Origin: Mytilus trossulus
Taxonomy: Eukaryota
Assembly: GCF_036588685.1 (NCBI RefSeq)
Contig: NC_086381.1
Span: 62,744,001-62,808,000 of the forward strand
DNA: 64,000 nucleotides
Reading direction: 5' to 3'
The position numbers and the translations under genes are program-made. A model generated the notes under the pieces. That model was given only the letters and a program-made list of their open reading frames with translations, made no database searches and was not told the origin of the DNA. How positions within the stretch are numbered: position 1 is the stretch's first letter; each line of letters opens with the position of its first letter. Positions 63,386 to 64,000 of the stretch are shown in pieces.

Positions 63386-64000
63386 TTAGACCAAAAACTT
63401 AACATTCATCAGTAACCATGAAAAAAGAACCAGGTAAGACGGAACACAAATATTATATAGTAATCCAATTTCTTACCGTATCTGATAAATAGATAAATAC
63501 TAGAAAAAAAATCATATTGATCAATGAACCAAGAAAATGAGATCAAGTTTAGATGAAACCTAGCCTGCTAGTCAGAAATACATATTTTACAATCATCCCA
63601 TTCAACAAAAAGAGTTGATCCTATACTTATAGTATCTGAGATACAAACACGACCAAGACAGCTTAACTTTGATCACTGATTGATGAGGTAATTTGAACCC
63701 TGTCTAACGGACATGTTTACCTTGCAAGGAACTTATATACCAATTGTAATGATACTTTTGTTCATATCTGTTTATATGGTATGAAGCATTTGGCTAAAAT
63801 GAAAAACGAGACGTTTTAAATTTGGAAATTATCAATTTCTCCCAAACTAGGTAGCAATGTACAAATTTCACCTGTATATGGGATAAACATTCCCCAACTT
63901 GTTCCATTTTTATGAGTATGCAGCTGCTACCCAAACTTTGAAAAACGTCACCAGTGTCTGACCAGAAAGGTGATGAACCGGAGGTCAAAGAACTTCTCGT

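Noticed and set aside
132-63988. Most 60-110 aa ORFs in the supplied track
   Set aside because: They lie in repeats or AT-rich introns or are antisense to real exons, and they lack splice or domain support.

Overview
AT-rich, intron-containing animal genomic DNA. The repeat families are ones I associate with marine mussels (Mytilus-like bivalve; this is inference). Most ORF-track entries are spurious, so genes were rebuilt by eye from GT-AG sites and exon phase. Four spliced genes are supported. (A) The 3' part and (B) the whole of two tandem paralogous V-C2 immunoglobulin-superfamily membrane receptors (+), both with a disabled distal ITIM-like motif. (C) A 198-aa secreted Cys-rich protein (+) with three consecutive symmetric microexons (12, 12 and 15 nt). 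(D) A secreted farnesoic-acid-O-methyltransferase-like plus PAN/apple protein (-), whose promoter and signal exon are homologous to those of two decayed copies of an unrelated, unidentified gene. Also present: an intronless acyl-CoA-synthetase pseudogene; type I minimal hammerhead ribozymes in ~350-nt retrozyme repeats of two families; two Penelope-like retroelement fragments; RTE and RTE-X-like LINE fragments; a tRNA-derived SINE; Helentron-type HINEs; a foldback element with internal tandem arrays; and several MITEs (Harbinger-, hAT- and Sola-like).
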